Of a stretch of DNA of 64,000 bases, positions 9,954 through 20,896 are shown piece by piece; the stretch's first letter is position 1, and each line of letters begins with the position of its first letter. A program made the translations under genes and the position numbers. This DNA is from a virus, in the IMG/VR virus record IMGVR_UViG_3300021137_000006, positions 17,868 through 81,867 of that record; one strand, given 5' to 3'. The notes beneath the pieces were generated by a model that saw only the letters and a program-made list of their open reading frames with translations, made no database searches and was not told where the DNA came from.

Positions 9954-12167
9954 ATGGCAATAGGCAAACAAATGCTGTCGGAATCTAAGTTCTACATGGG
10001 TTACAGTAGATGGATCGACGGCGAAAGTCGCTATGAAACGTGGGAAGAGTCCGTTAGTCGAGTGATGAATATGCACCGGGAAAAGTATGCTGACAAGATG
10101 ACAGCAGAGTTGGAAACTCTAATCACTTATGCAGAACAAGCGTACAAAGACAAGCTGGTACTTGGCGCCCAACGCGCTCTTCAATTCGGCGGGGACCAAT
10201 TATTTAAGCACGAAGCGCGGATGTACAACTGCTCAGTCTCTCATGCTGATCGGCCTTCATTCTTCAACGAAACGATGTACCTACTGCTATGTGGCTGCGG
10301 AGTTGGATTTTCCGTTCAACGTCACCACATTGCTAAGCTCCCATCGGTTGCACGTCGGTCACAAAAGAAGGTAAAGATTTTCCAAGTCCCGGATTCAATT
10401 GAAGGTTGGGCTGATTCATTTGCAGTATTACTAAGTAGCTATTTCACAGAAGGTGCGACTCATCCAGAATATCGCGGCTGTCAAGTGCATTTCGACTTTA
10501 CAAAAGTTCGTCCAAAGGGTGCTTTGATCTCTGGCGGATTCAAAGCCCCAGGACCTGATGGGCTGCGTGCTGCACTCGTTAAATGCGAAGAGATGATCGA
10601 AAACCTACTGAGAGATGCACCAGTGACCAGCATCACTAGTATCGTTGCATATGACTTTATCATGCACATGAGTGATGCAGTACTATCTGGTGGTGTCCGT
10701 CGCTCTGCTACAATTTGCGTGTTCGACAAAGACGATAACACAATGTTGAAAGCAAAGACTGGTAATTGGTTCGTGGATAATCCACAGCGTGGTCGCAGTA
10801 ACAATTCTGCACTGCTAATTCGTGACGATCTAACGCGTGACGAGTGGGCCAACATTATGAAGTCTGTTAAAGACTTTGGTGAGCCTGGGTTCATTTTTGC
10901 AGACGACAAAGAGTTTATGTTTAACCCTTGTGTTGAAATTGGCATGTTGCCTGTTACTGAATCTGGTACCTCCGGCTTCCAATTCTGCAACTTAACTGAA
11001 ATCAACGGCGGTCAGTGTACTACGAAAGAAATGCTCATTCGTGCATGCAAGGCAGGCGCCATTCTTGGGACACTCCAGGCTGGATACACGAATTTCAAGT
11101 ATGTTTCGGCAGCTACTCGCGAAATCACTGCGCGCGAAGCTCTAATTGGGGTCTCTATCACTGGTTGGATGAATAATCCTGATATCCTATTTGACAAGCA
11201 GAATATGGTGGACGGCGCTACTCTTGTAAAAACAATCAACAAGCAAGTAGCTACACTAATCGGCATCAATCAAGCTGCTCGCACAACTTGTGTTAAACCG
11301 TCTGGCAATGCAAGTGTTGTACTTGGGACTGCGTCTGGTATTCATGGTGAACACGCACCAAAGTACTTCCGGCATGTGCAGATGAATGCTGACGACGAAG
11401 TTGCGCAGATCATCAGCAAGATCAATCCGAAGATGGTAGAAACCTCGGTTTGGTCGGCTAACGGTACAGATGTCGTGGTAGCGTTCCCGGTTATCACAAA
11501 AGTCGGGTCTAACTACAAACAAGATCTGATGGGTGTTGCACAATTGGAGTTTGTCAAACTCGCACAACAGTTCTGGGTAGAAGCTGGCACAAATGTCGAA
11601 TTGTGTCGCCATCCGAAGCTGCGCCACAATGTTAGCAACACGATCTCCGTTGACAACTGGGACGAAGTCGAGCAGTATATTTTTGACAATCGTGCGCACT
11701 TCGCTGGGATTTCACTATTGAGCTCGTTTGGCGATCGTGCGTACGTACAAGCTCCGTTTGCAGAAGTGATTGATGCTAAAGCAATTCTCGAACTGTATGG
11801 TGAGGGTTCACTGTTCGCATCTGGCCTAATTGTCGAAGCCTTACACGCGTTCAACGAAAACTTGTGGATCGCTTGTGATACAGTGATGGGATATGGTTTG
11901 AAATTAGATGAAGAAAACTCATCGGATATTCTCAAGCGAGATTGGGTACGTCGAGCGAACAAATTTGCAAAGAATTACTTCAAGGGGGATTTGCAACAAA
12001 TGACGTTCTGTTTGAAGGATTGTTACAATCTACACAAATGGAATAACATTGTGCATACGATCAAATCTATTGACTTTGCAAGTGATTTATCGCAGAAAAG
12101 CTTTGTTGAAGTCGACTCCCTAGCAGGTGCGGCCTGCTCAGGAGGGGTTTGCGAGCTTACCTTCTAA
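9954..12167 (+). CDS. Ribonucleotide reductase catalytic subunit, probably monomeric class II (NrdJ-like)
   Basis: YNC, GGVRRSA, NPCVEI, CNLTE, TTCVKPSG, Y.QAP, C-terminal CSGGVCE. No YY pair seen and no adjacent nrdB; class assignment is less certain than the RNR call. Confidence 0.8.
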   Translation: MAIGKQMLSESKFYMGYSRWIDGESRYETWEESVSRVMNMHREKYADKMTAELETLITYAEQAYKDKLVLGAQRALQFGGDQLFKHEARMYNCSVSHADRPSFFNETMYLLLCGCGVGFSVQRHHIAKLPSVARRSQKKVKIFQVPDSIEGWADSFAVLLSSYFTEGATHPEYRGCQVHFDFTKVRPKGALISGGFKAPGPDGLRAALVKCEEMIENLLRDAPVTSITSIVAYDFIMHMSDAVLSGGVRRSATICVFDKDDNTMLKAKTGNWFVDNPQRGRSNNSALLIRDDLTRDEWANIMKSVKDFGEPGFIFADDKEFMFNPCVEIGMLPVTESGTSGFQFCNLTEINGGQCTTKEMLIRACKAGAILGTLQAGYTNFKYVSAATREITAREALIGVSITGWMNNPDILFDKQNMVDGATLVKTINKQVATLIGINQAARTTCVKPSGNASVVLGTASGIHGEHAPKYFRHVQMNADDEVAQIISKINPKMVETSVWSANGTDVVVAFPVITKVGSNYKQDLMGVAQLEFVKLAQQFWVEAGTNVELCRHPKLRHNVSNTISVDNWDEVEQYIFDNRAHFAGISLLSSFGDRAYVQAPFAEVIDAKAILELYGEGSLFASGLIVEALHAFNENLWIACDTVMGYGLKLDEENSSDILKRDWVRRANKFAKNYFKGDLQQMTFCLKDCYNLHKWNNIVHTIKSIDFASDLSQKSFVEVDSLAGAACSGGVCELTF

Positions 12168-12258
12168 TGTAACTCAACTAACCACCCAACTGGCAAACTC
12201 TCAGCCAGTTGGGTCCTTTTTCTTTGTCGCTACATACTTAACCAACCTCAATATTACT

Positions 12259-12546
12259 ATGCAAATCAAACCTCTCCACGATTTTATCACCATTGAATTA
12301 GACATTCCTGCAACCGTTTCCGAAGGTGGTATTGTACTAATTCAACGCACTCCAGAAAAGGGTACCGAGACTGGTACCGTCGTTGATGTCGGCCCAGGTC
12401 TTTACGTTGATGGACGATTAGATGAGATGGTTGTTAAAGCAGGTGACAAAGTGCTGTTCAATAAAGGGACTGGCGCCCTGGTCGAACTCGACAGCAAAAA
12501 AGTGTTGTTTTTGAAGCAACGCGATATTATGGGAATTCTGCGTTAA
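12259..12546 (+). CDS. groES: Co-chaperonin GroES
   Basis: MQIKPLHD, EGGIVL, G.VVDVGPG, VKAGDKVLF, DIMGIL. Confidence 0.92.
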   Translation: MQIKPLHDFITIELDIPATVSEGGIVLIQRTPEKGTETGTVVDVGPGLYVDGRLDEMVVKAGDKVLFNKGTGALVELDSKKVLFLKQRDIMGILR

Positions 12547-12779
12547 TCTGTCAGCTTTTCCCAAGCTTCATCATCTACTAAATGCATTTGGCCATCGTCT
12601 TCGATGGCCACCCATTGCCCGTCGGGGCATGATGCGTATCGTAGCTTTACTTTGATTGGCATGATGCATCCGCACGCTTTGCACATCTTTACTGAATTGA
12701 ATAGTGGACACTGTTTACAGATGTTGTACCGTTCTTGTGCAATTTGCACAGTGGTGAACATACTACTGATTAGCGACAT
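12543..12779 (-). CDS. Small Cys-rich protein (CxxC, CxxCGC, CP..W)
   Basis: R..IC..CP....CKACGC....K......CP...W. Confidence 0.6.
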   Translation of the reverse strand: MSLISSMFTTVQIAQERYNICKQCPLFNSVKMCKACGCIMPIKVKLRYASCPDGQWVAIEDDGQMHLVDDEAWEKLTD

Positions 12780-12780
12780 G

Positions 12781-13062
12781 TTAGGCTAATGACTTTACAA
12801 TAGTGATTGGCATTTTACGTAAGTGCAACATACCGTTGATTAGTGAAAACTCAATCCCAGGCAAACCTACTTGCATGATACTCAACTCTTCGTCGCTAAG
12901 GGTAACCCCAATCGGCGTCACTCGGTAGTTCGTGTAGAATCGATCAAGTGCTTGGGTAAGCGACTTCGCTGGATTAGCTGCATCAATTGGATATCCTACT
13001 GATTGTAGTGTAGTTTTTCCACTGCCGCAACAACTAGACTTATTGACAAATGTAAATTTCAT
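12781..13062 (-). CDS. Hypothetical protein
   Basis: ORF in a minus-strand run, TAAATA motif upstream. Confidence 0.55.
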   Translation of the reverse strand: MKFTFVNKSSCCGSGKTTLQSVGYPIDAANPAKSLTQALDRFYTNYRVTPIGVTLSDEELSIMQVGLPGIEFSLINGMLHLRKMPITIVKSLA

Positions 13063-13116
13063 AATTACTCTACTAAATGTATATTTAGCGGGGGCGAAAT
13101 GCCCCCTACTGACACT

Positions 13117-13947
13117 TTAGTACCCGAAACTTTCACAAGCCATAATCCAAGATTTGACTAAACTGCTTCGTACGATATCATCAACTGTAAACTCAACACA
13201 GGTGAAGTCCCGCATTGTTTTTGCAATCTTGATGAATTCTTGCAATCCTGAAATGTCGTGCTTCGATTTTATCAAATCGTTCTGTTTCATATCCCCCGAA
13301 AAGATGATTTTGGAACGGTAGCCAGTACGACTCATTACAGTATTCAACTCATGGAAACTCATTGATTGGCATTCGTCGACGATAATGATCGCATCATCAA
13401 TGGAAATGCCACGAATAGCTGTTGTTGTAATGAAACGAGCATACCCTTGTTCTTTCAGGCGATCCCACGCGTCTGGTCTGTCGAACAACGTAGCACATAT
13501 TTCCTTGTATGGCTGTTCGTAAATTTCTTGTTTTTCCTCGATGCTACCTGGCAAGAACCCTTGATCACGAGTCTGCACAGCAGAGCGAACTACGACAATA
13601 TTTTTGAATGGGTTAGAACGATCGAGTACTTCACCTAGTGCCTGATATAGTGCAATAAACGTCTTGCCAGTACCAGGTGATCCAAACAATCCCATAAAGT
13701 AGTCGCCACCCTTGTATGCCTTGAAAAACGCTGCTTGATTTGCAGTGAGCGGATCGAAACTCTTTAAATGATCTAATTTGAGTTTGAGAGCATTACTTAC
13801 AACTGGCTGATGCCGATTCTTGCGCTCATCGTTCTCTACATGCTCTACTCGCTTTTGCAATCCAGACGGTTGAGGTTCGTGGTATTCAACTTGACCTGTT
13901 TCGTGTAAGAGCGCTGAGTGTTTTTGTCTTTTGGTATTTGATGCCAT
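13117..13947 (-). CDS. phoH: PhoH-family ATPase
   Basis: GSPGTGKT, GFLPG, IRG, IIVDECQ, GD..Q.DL, DIVRS.LV. Confidence 0.93.
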   Translation of the reverse strand: MASNTKRQKHSALLHETGQVEYHEPQPSGLQKRVEHVENDERKNRHQPVVSNALKLKLDHLKSFDPLTANQAAFFKAYKGGDYFMGLFGSPGTGKTFIALYQALGEVLDRSNPFKNIVVVRSAVQTRDQGFLPGSIEEKQEIYEQPYKEICATLFDRPDAWDRLKEQGYARFITTTAIRGISIDDAIIIVDECQSMSFHELNTVMSRTGYRSKIIFSGDMKQNDLIKSKHDISGLQEFIKIAKTMRDFTCVEFTVDDIVRSSLVKSWIMACESFGY

Positions 13948-14001
13948 TTACATCTTTCTTTGTTATCTTCAAACAATCATTCCGGATGCGTGACTGTTGC
14001 T

Positions 14002-14469
14002 TTAGACTGGAGGCTTACTGAGGTTGGATTGGGGTTGTGGCAATGAAGGTGGGGCGGGCTCCTGCTTTTGTTGGGGTTGAGCTTGTTGAGGCTTCTTACC
14101 TGGTTGGGCGTCTTTATCAATATCTATGGCAAGTTGCTTGACGGCTTTAGCGAGGTCCGTCTTAGTGGTAACAGTGCGAGTTTCCCAATGCACTAGATTT
14201 TGCTCAGTTTTTGCAAGCATGGTTGGAGCACGAGTGCCAATTTGCGCTACCTTGTCGGCTGTTTCTTTCGATGTTAAGTTAGACTTGATACCGTCGAATT
14301 CCCCCTGCTTTAGCTTGAGAACTTCGTGATATTTTGGGTTACTCAGTACCTGAAGCCCAGTGATAATCGCAGCAACGCGCTTACGTTGCTTCTCTTTGAG
14401 CTCGGTGATCTTACCAGATGTCATTGCACCAAGTACTCTCGATAAATATTGTCCTGCGTTGCTTGCCAT
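14002..14469 (-). CDS. Hypothetical protein with Pro/Gln-rich tail
   Basis: ATG follows a minus-strand TAAATA and a terminator. Confidence 0.5.
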   Translation of the reverse strand: MASNAGQYLSRVLGAMTSGKITELKEKQRKRVAAIITGLQVLSNPKYHEVLKLKQGEFDGIKSNLTSKETADKVAQIGTRAPTMLAKTEQNLVHWETRTVTTKTDLAKAVKQLAIDIDKDAQPGKKPQQAQPQQKQEPAPPSLPQPQSNLSKPPV

Positions 14470-14532
14470 TGGTGCTATTCCGTTTGTAGTATTTATAAAC
14501 AAAAAAGGAGGAGCATTGCGCTCCTCGGTTGA

Positions 14533-15003
14533 TTACGTTGTTAACAACTTATCGTGTAGTGATTTTGATGTATTTTTACCACCGATCGGTACCGCCTTTG
14601 ACTTTTTAGCCTCTGGTACGATGCGACTTACACCAATTGTCAACATTCCATTTTCGAATGCAGCACCTACGACCTCCATATCCACTCCAAGTTGCCAGCG
14701 CCGCTCGAAAGCGCGTTGACTAATCCCACGGTGGACGTATTGCAGATCCTTATCTTCCGGTTGATCGAGTTGTTTTGCAGTCTTGACGATCAGCTGCATC
14801 TCTTCTGTGACGATTTCTATATCGTCTGATGAGTAGCCCGCAAGTGCAATTTGAATCACCCAGTTATCGTCCTTACGGATGATGTTGACTGGTGGATAGT
14901 TACCGACAAAACGTCTCACTTCAGTTGAGCGAGCGTGTTCGATTTGATTTACGATACGTTGGAAGTCGAGCATGAATAGCCCAGCGATGTCATTAGTAGT
15001 CAT
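14533..15003 (-). CDS. Small heat-shock protein (Hsp20/IbpA-like)
   Basis: NYPPVNI, IALAGY, YVHRGISQRAFERRWQL, A.FENGML.I; SD AGGAG. Confidence 0.92.
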   Translation of the reverse strand: MTTNDIAGLFMLDFQRIVNQIEHARSTEVRRFVGNYPPVNIIRKDDNWVIQIALAGYSSDDIEIVTEEMQLIVKTAKQLDQPEDKDLQYVHRGISQRAFERRWQLGVDMEVVGAAFENGMLTIGVSRIVPEAKKSKAVPIGGKNTSKSLHDKLLTT

Positions 15004-15130
15004 TATGTTCTCCTGTTAAGCAAGTATGACTTGTATGGACCCAAATAGGCATCCATAATCGTATATATTAGAGATCGTCGAGGGTGGCGCAATTTTTCAC
15101 TAAATAGTTGACAATTGCACCGTACTACTG

Positions 15131-18034
15131 ATGACTTCACAACCGTTTTTTGATGCTCCTGGTGGAATTCGCCGGGAAGGTAATGACCAAACCCTAACCT
15201 TTACCCGAACATCGCCGACGACTGGCACAGTATGTTGGGCACCAGTTTCGACTAACTGCACCCCAAGTGGCAACTATACAGGTGGCGTACTCGTTGGTAG
15301 CACATCAGCCATCGGACAATCAGAAAAGCCAAGCGACGGAACGTGTTGCTATACTGGTGACCCTACGTTATCTCAACAACTTTTTGCTGGAGATGTACTC
15401 GGTAATGCAAAAGTGCTATGGAGTAGTAACACCGATGCCCAAACTGGATGCATCGACGTTACTGGGCTGGATGGGAATTGCTCAGCATACTACTTCGCAT
15501 TTTTCGCCATCGATAACGTTTGTCGGTACAACCAAGACGGTATTTTTAGCTACTCCCAAGCACTATCCACCACCATCGTAGATTGCACTCAAGGTCACCA
15601 ATGTCTACAGGCAAATGGCGCACGTCCGACGGATCAATTGAACCTACTAACACCTGGTGGCGATGGGATCGATCCAGCCACTAAAATGTATGCTGTTACG
15701 TTAAATCTAGATGGTAGCCGGTACGACATTGTGCTCAGAGGTTCTTATCTAACGACGTATCAATCACTTGTTGATGAATTTTCAACTGCTTGGCAGCGAG
15801 TGGGTTCCCAATTGATCGAAACTCCGCACCCACCGCACTATGGCGAATTTGTGTTTGCTAACGGAATATGGACGCAATTTGATGGAATCGTCGCTCGCCA
15901 AGTATTTCCATTATTCAGTAGCACCGATCCGCTTTCAGCAAGTGTAGGCGCGGTGTGGTTGAATACTATCGATAACTCACTCAACGTCTGGGACGGTATT
16001 AATTGGAATGCTGCCTCCCCAGCTATTAAATTTCCACAAGATCCGTCAATCGTCGCTTGTGACCAATATTGGTTCGACGGGCAGGTTGCCAACCAATTTG
16101 ACGGAGTAACGTGGATCGCTCAACCTACGTATACTCAGTTAACTGATCCGGCGAGCGCACCAGTCTTAACTTGCAGCTCGTTTTGGATCAATGATCAAAA
16201 CTTCAGTCGCTGGAATGACACATCATTTGCTTGGAATCTAGTACAAGTGACACAATTTGCTGTTGATCCTATGAATGTGCCAAACGGAACATACTGGTTC
16301 AACCCACTCAACCTATCTCTCCAACTTTGGAACGGCCTAGTGTGGGTCGGTCAAGTATTTGTTAATAGCACCGTACAACCTAACGAACCTCTTGCTAATG
16401 CACTGTGGTTCAATGGAGCTGCGAATACGCTTGCCAAATATAATGGACTAACCTCATTGTGGGATACACTCTCGGTTACAGTGCATTTCAAACCAGTCAA
16501 TAATATCCATATCGGAGAATTGTGGTTCAATACCACAATTTTCGCACTATCTGAATACACAGCAACTGGTTGGGTAGATGTTATGGCAGCGACGGTCACC
16601 TCGACGACCAATCCGGCACTACCACCAATTATGACAGAGGGTACAATGTGGAAAAACACCACATCTGGCATTTGGTTTACTCGAAGTGGTACCAAGTGGA
16701 GTGGCGTCAATGTGGTTGATAGTGCAGTGGATCCGAGATCGTTAGTTACTGGATATTGGTACAACCCAGCTACAACTTCGTGGTATCAACGCGCTGGCGC
16801 TATGTGGATACTAGTAGTTCCAGATTTCAGTACAGCATACTCCCCGACGACCGCTCAGCTTGGTTCTACGTGGTGGGATGGTACTCAACTCTGTCAACAG
16901 ACTACAGTAGTTGCAGTTCCTTTTTCCTCTCCGTCTAGTCCAATCTCCAGTTGGACTGTAGTTCCATTTTCGACCACCCCAGTCTCTATATTAGTAGGTC
17001 AACGTTGGTTAAATACGACGTCTAATGTAGTTTCTCAGTGGTCAGGCAGCGCTTGGGTGGAGCAAGTTGCTCCGTATACAGTCGCATTTAACGCGAAAAA
17101 TGACATTTTGCTAACCTCCACGACGTGTGGAGAACCCTCGTCGATTGAGTTGATCAATGCTCCAGTAATATTCTCCCTACTCCGGTTGATCCCGTCGCAC
17201 CCTGTGCCAGGACTAGACGGCAAATCAGGAACGCCAATGTATTTGGAAGTCGGCGTCGGCACGGATGGCAGCGTAGACGAACGTCGTTCAGTAATTGACA
17301 ATCTGTACACTAGACTTGGTCACCCGATCGTTAACGTTGAGCTAACCCGTAGTCAGATGGACTTAGCTGTGCAAAAGGGATTGGATTACATTCGTCGAGA
17401 CAGTGGGGCTGGATACAGTCGTGGATATTTCTTCCTTGACCTGCACGCAGGTCAGCAGCACTATACACTAACAAGCAAAACTGTCGGATTCAATAAAATT
17501 GTGGATGTGTTGTACTTGTACAGACCACGCGGCGGTTTCCTAAATTCGACATTCGGTGGGGAAATTTACGGACAACAAATGTTACAGCAGTTGTACGTGT
17601 CTGGTACGTTCGATATCTTAACGTATCATTTACTTGCTAGTTATCAAAACGTCGTTGCAAAAATGTTTGCATCTGAACTGCAGTATCAGTGGAGCGAGCG
17701 AACCCGAGTTCTTGCGATTATGCGTAAAATTGGCCGTAAGGAACGTATTCTTGTGGATGCAGTAATCGAACGTACTGAACAAGACTTGTTCACAGACCGC
17801 ATTACGAAAAACTGGGTTGAAAACTGGGCATTAACAGAAGCAAAAATTATGCTCGGTGAAATGCGCGGTAAGTATACGAGTCTGCCGGGTGCAGGCGGAG
17901 CAATCTCAATGAATGGGGAATCCCTCAAAACCGAAGCACTAGCCTCGCAGGCTCTGTTAAAAACAGAGTTGGAAGACTTTCTCGCGTCTGATGTCGAAAC
18001 GTGGGGCATTGGTGCAAGTATCACCAAAGGATAA
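15131..18034 (+). CDS. Neck protein (gp13-like C-terminal domain) with long Trp-rich repeat N-terminal extension
   Basis: C-terminus RLG.P.VNVELT..Q and GEMRGKY..LPG.GG....NG..L; N-terminal repeats G..W.N.....L..W.G..W; order gp13-14-15-18. Confidence 0.8.
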   Translation: MTSQPFFDAPGGIRREGNDQTLTFTRTSPTTGTVCWAPVSTNCTPSGNYTGGVLVGSTSAIGQSEKPSDGTCCYTGDPTLSQQLFAGDVLGNAKVLWSSNTDAQTGCIDVTGLDGNCSAYYFAFFAIDNVCRYNQDGIFSYSQALSTTIVDCTQGHQCLQANGARPTDQLNLLTPGGDGIDPATKMYAVTLNLDGSRYDIVLRGSYLTTYQSLVDEFSTAWQRVGSQLIETPHPPHYGEFVFANGIWTQFDGIVARQVFPLFSSTDPLSASVGAVWLNTIDNSLNVWDGINWNAASPAIKFPQDPSIVACDQYWFDGQVANQFDGVTWIAQPTYTQLTDPASAPVLTCSSFWINDQNFSRWNDTSFAWNLVQVTQFAVDPMNVPNGTYWFNPLNLSLQLWNGLVWVGQVFVNSTVQPNEPLANALWFNGAANTLAKYNGLTSLWDTLSVTVHFKPVNNIHIGELWFNTTIFALSEYTATGWVDVMAATVTSTTNPALPPIMTEGTMWKNTTSGIWFTRSGTKWSGVNVVDSAVDPRSLVTGYWYNPATTSWYQRAGAMWILVVPDFSTAYSPTTAQLGSTWWDGTQLCQQTTVVAVPFSSPSSPISSWTVVPFSTTPVSILVGQRWLNTTSNVVSQWSGSAWVEQVAPYTVAFNAKNDILLTSTTCGEPSSIELINAPVIFSLLRLIPSHPVPGLDGKSGTPMYLEVGVGTDGSVDERRSVIDNLYTRLGHPIVNVELTRSQMDLAVQKGLDYIRRDSGAGYSRGYFFLDLHAGQQHYTLTSKTVGFNKIVDVLYLYRPRGGFLNSTFGGEIYGQQMLQQLYVSGTFDILTYHLLASYQNVVAKMFASELQYQWSERTRVLAIMRKIGRKERILVDAVIERTEQDLFTDRITKNWVENWALTEAKIMLGEMRGKYTSLPGAGGAISMNGESLKTEALASQALLKTELEDFLASDVETWGIGASITKG

Positions 18035-18037
18035 TCA

Positions 18038-19798
18038 ATGAGTATTTTTCTCGATCCGTCTATTGTCCCACAATCCCCACTTGCTCCGGAAGTCCGCCTG
18101 CTTTTCCCTAATACGGATAAGTTTCTTGATCGAAACACCTGCCCGGATGTATGCGAGACTGGGGATTGCGCACCTCTCGCGTACCTCGCTCCGCTTCCTT
18201 CGACGCAAGGGCCTGGCTGCATCATCATTCAGCCGAATGGGTCAGTTGTCACCCCAACTCCCTCTGTAAAAATCCCAGCTGCTGGTCAATTAACTAACCG
18301 TTTAGCTGATAACAGTTATATCAACACAATTGCTCTCAATCAACTTGATATGGGCGGAGCAAACGCGTGCGTATTCAAGCTACTTGGAGTGCATCAACAA
18401 GGTACCTTAATCGACGCAGCTGGATTTGGCACCGCAATCGCAAGTGACTTTGTTCCGGATTTCCCGCCAAGTAACGCATTCGATCGATTCGCAACTCATT
18501 GGGTTAGTGATACGGCCGGTACAGGATTAATGCAATCGTGGGTGGGGTACGATTTCGGGGTAGTTAAGCGTCCTAACGGTCTCCAACAATATTCAAACGA
18601 GGCGGACGCAGAAGCTCGTAAGCACATTACTAGCATTGCGATTAAACAAGCTGGAACGATGCAAAACTGGGTATATCGTGCTCGAGTGGAACGCAGTGAC
18701 GACGGAATCCGTTGGTTTGGAGTTGATGTTATCACAATTCCACAAACGACAGACCGCAGCATCATTGCAGTCAAGATGAGTGTACCATCCCGAATGTGGA
18801 GATTGCATCCGATCTCTAGTGGCAACGACCGCTGGATTGTTGACACCCTAGAGTTGTTTGAATTTGTACAGACTGACATTGCTAACATTCAGGAGAGTCC
18901 TTTATTTCAAGAAAACCGTGACCGTTCGTACTGTGTAAATCCGGTTAAGATGAAGATATTTTATGATCTGATTGACATCAACACTGAGTTAGCGCGGTTC
19001 GGAATTGACTTACCGTCTGCAACCCTATCCATGACGACGCACTTCGGCGAGACACTTCGGTTGCTTGGTCGAGGGTTTGTGATTGGGGATGTTGTTGAAA
19101 TACCAAGTGAATTGCAGTTTACTCCTGACATGAAAATAGTACGGAAGTACGTTGAGGTAAGTGACGTTAGTTGGTCGACAAGGGGTTACACACCTGGTTG
19201 GACGCCGTTGTTCCAACGAATTACCGCCCGCCCGATGCTTGCTAAACAAGAGACGTTGGACATCATTGGTTCGCTAGAGCCGAATATTGGTGCTGACGGA
19301 GACGGATTCAACTCAATGAACACAGTGTTCTCTACCGGCCCGTTTCAAGCAAATGAAAATATCCAGATTGCTGCGGATAGCATGACCCAACAACTAGGGA
19401 TTGATGAACAGGTTGTTGCAAATATCGGAGAGTTACCCCAACAACAGATTGAGGTAGCTGCATCGATTGGAGTGAATCTTGCTAAACTTACTACCAACTA
19501 CAACACAAGTGACGCTACCCGTACTGGAATGCCACCAGCCGGTACAAAGCCAGCTATGTTTACCACATCGGACGAAACTGCTGGGTGGCCTGAGAACCCG
19601 AAAAACAATCAGTACCATCGGGTGACGTACGAGAGTCATACCACGGAGCAAATTCCTCCACGTCTGTACAAGTATAGTAAGGCTAAGAATCGCTGGGTGT
19701 ATCTCGAAACTGATGAACGCTGGGCACAGCAAGCTAACAAGACGGCCCTGAAGTCATATTTAGTGGACGTTGATAGTAAACCAATTGAGGACATCTAA
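18038..19798 (+). CDS. Neck/head-closure protein (gp14-like) with discoidin (F5/8C)-like insertion
   Basis: LFQENRDR.Y, L.RFGI, LGR....GDVVEIP; insertion with NAFD....HW, WVGYDFG, RVERSDDG..W, RMWRL. Confidence 0.7.
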   Translation: MSIFLDPSIVPQSPLAPEVRLLFPNTDKFLDRNTCPDVCETGDCAPLAYLAPLPSTQGPGCIIIQPNGSVVTPTPSVKIPAAGQLTNRLADNSYINTIALNQLDMGGANACVFKLLGVHQQGTLIDAAGFGTAIASDFVPDFPPSNAFDRFATHWVSDTAGTGLMQSWVGYDFGVVKRPNGLQQYSNEADAEARKHITSIAIKQAGTMQNWVYRARVERSDDGIRWFGVDVITIPQTTDRSIIAVKMSVPSRMWRLHPISSGNDRWIVDTLELFEFVQTDIANIQESPLFQENRDRSYCVNPVKMKIFYDLIDINTELARFGIDLPSATLSMTTHFGETLRLLGRGFVIGDVVEIPSELQFTPDMKIVRKYVEVSDVSWSTRGYTPGWTPLFQRITARPMLAKQETLDIIGSLEPNIGADGDGFNSMNTVFSTGPFQANENIQIAADSMTQQLGIDEQVVANIGELPQQQIEVAASIGVNLAKLTTNYNTSDATRTGMPPAGTKPAMFTTSDETAGWPENPKNNQYHRVTYESHTTEQIPPRLYKYSKAKNRWVYLETDERWAQQANKTALKSYLVDVDSKPIEDI

Positions 19799-20556
19799 TG
19801 AGATCACAACCATATTTTTATTCGCATCAAATCGAACGGTACTTGATTCAGTTCACCAATATATTTTCCGGATTTGGTGTTAAAGTAGGATTAGGCGCAC
19901 GCGAACAACAGATCACGGTCCCGGTGATGTACGGTAGCATCGATAAAGTTGTAGCATCTATCCAAGCTGGCAATACTCAGAACAAACCAGTGCGCTTGCC
20001 TGTAATCTCAGCATTTATGACCGGAATTGAACTCGCTCCTGATTTATACAAAGGTGTCGGACAGGAAGAACGTAGCTCGTATCTACCAAGTGGTGGACTA
20101 CTACCGGATGACATTAAGGTTATTCATCGGTACATGCCCATTCCGTACCGAGTGACTGCGGATGTTTACGTATTTGTTAGCAATCAGCAGCAACAGTTGG
20201 AGTTACTGGAGCAGTTACTGATTTTATTCGATCCTACGTTACTGATACAAACAAACGACAGTAAGTTCGATTGGACTAAGTTGTCATACGTTGAATTAAA
20301 AAGCATCACATTAGAAGAGACGATCCCTGCTGGATCTGAACCACGTAATATTCTCGCCAGATTGTCATTTAGCTTTCCAGTGTGGCTAACGCCTCCTGCA
20401 AAGTTAAAGGCTGACTTTGTTGAAAAAATATACGTTCGTGTTGGGATTGCAGACGAAATGGATCCGAACACTATTGTAGAATTCTTTGACGGAGTTCCGC
20501 TTGATTATACGAAGGTAGCAGACGCTACTGAATTTTTCACCCCGACTTCTGTGTGA
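19798..20556 (+). CDS. Tail sheath stabiliser / tail terminator (gp15-like)
   Basis: YFY..QI.RY..QF..IFS, VPV.YG, P.PY, LEQ.L.LF.P, W..PPAK. Confidence 0.85.
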   Translation: MRSQPYFYSHQIERYLIQFTNIFSGFGVKVGLGAREQQITVPVMYGSIDKVVASIQAGNTQNKPVRLPVISAFMTGIELAPDLYKGVGQEERSSYLPSGGLLPDDIKVIHRYMPIPYRVTADVYVFVSNQQQQLELLEQLLILFDPTLLIQTNDSKFDWTKLSYVELKSITLEETIPAGSEPRNILARLSFSFPVWLTPPAKLKADFVEKIYVRVGIADEMDPNTIVEFFDGVPLDYTKVADATEFFTPTSV

Positions 20557-20828
20557 ACACACTGCTTGGAGCAGTAGGTATTATATCGGTTTTTGTGTAG
20601 ATTGAACGTAACGAACTTGGTGCACTTTCGGCACCCTGTTGGTTCGTCCTTCCCATTCAGTAAGCAGTAGATTTGCTCCCGCACTCCTCCGTCGCACCAA
20701 TCATATAGGTCTTGGAAATGTTGCCATGTCGATCGGTGAATTTGTGCATATAACTCCCAGTGTGGGTTGAGCGTATACTTGCCGTGTTTGAGTACAAGTA
20801 TTTTACTGCTTACTAATTTCCCTTGCAT
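20505..20828 (-). CDS. Small Zn-ribbon protein, possible homing endonuclease remnant
   Basis: CRKC......YCSKQC; no nuclease domain visible. Confidence 0.4.
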   Translation of the reverse strand: MQGKLVSSKILVLKHGKYTLNPHWELYAQIHRSTWQHFQDLYDWCDGGVREQIYCLLNGKDEPTGCRKCTKFVTFNLHKNRYNTYCSKQCVHTEVGVKNSVASATFV

Positions 20829-20896
20829 GTTGGTACGAAAGCGGATGTAATCCTGTATTTAGGGATAAGTACGGTAGTACATTAAAAGGATCCATT

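Noticed and set aside
9954-12167. Intein or intron in the RNR
   Set aside because: Continuous 737-aa frame of ordinary length with no splicing motifs.
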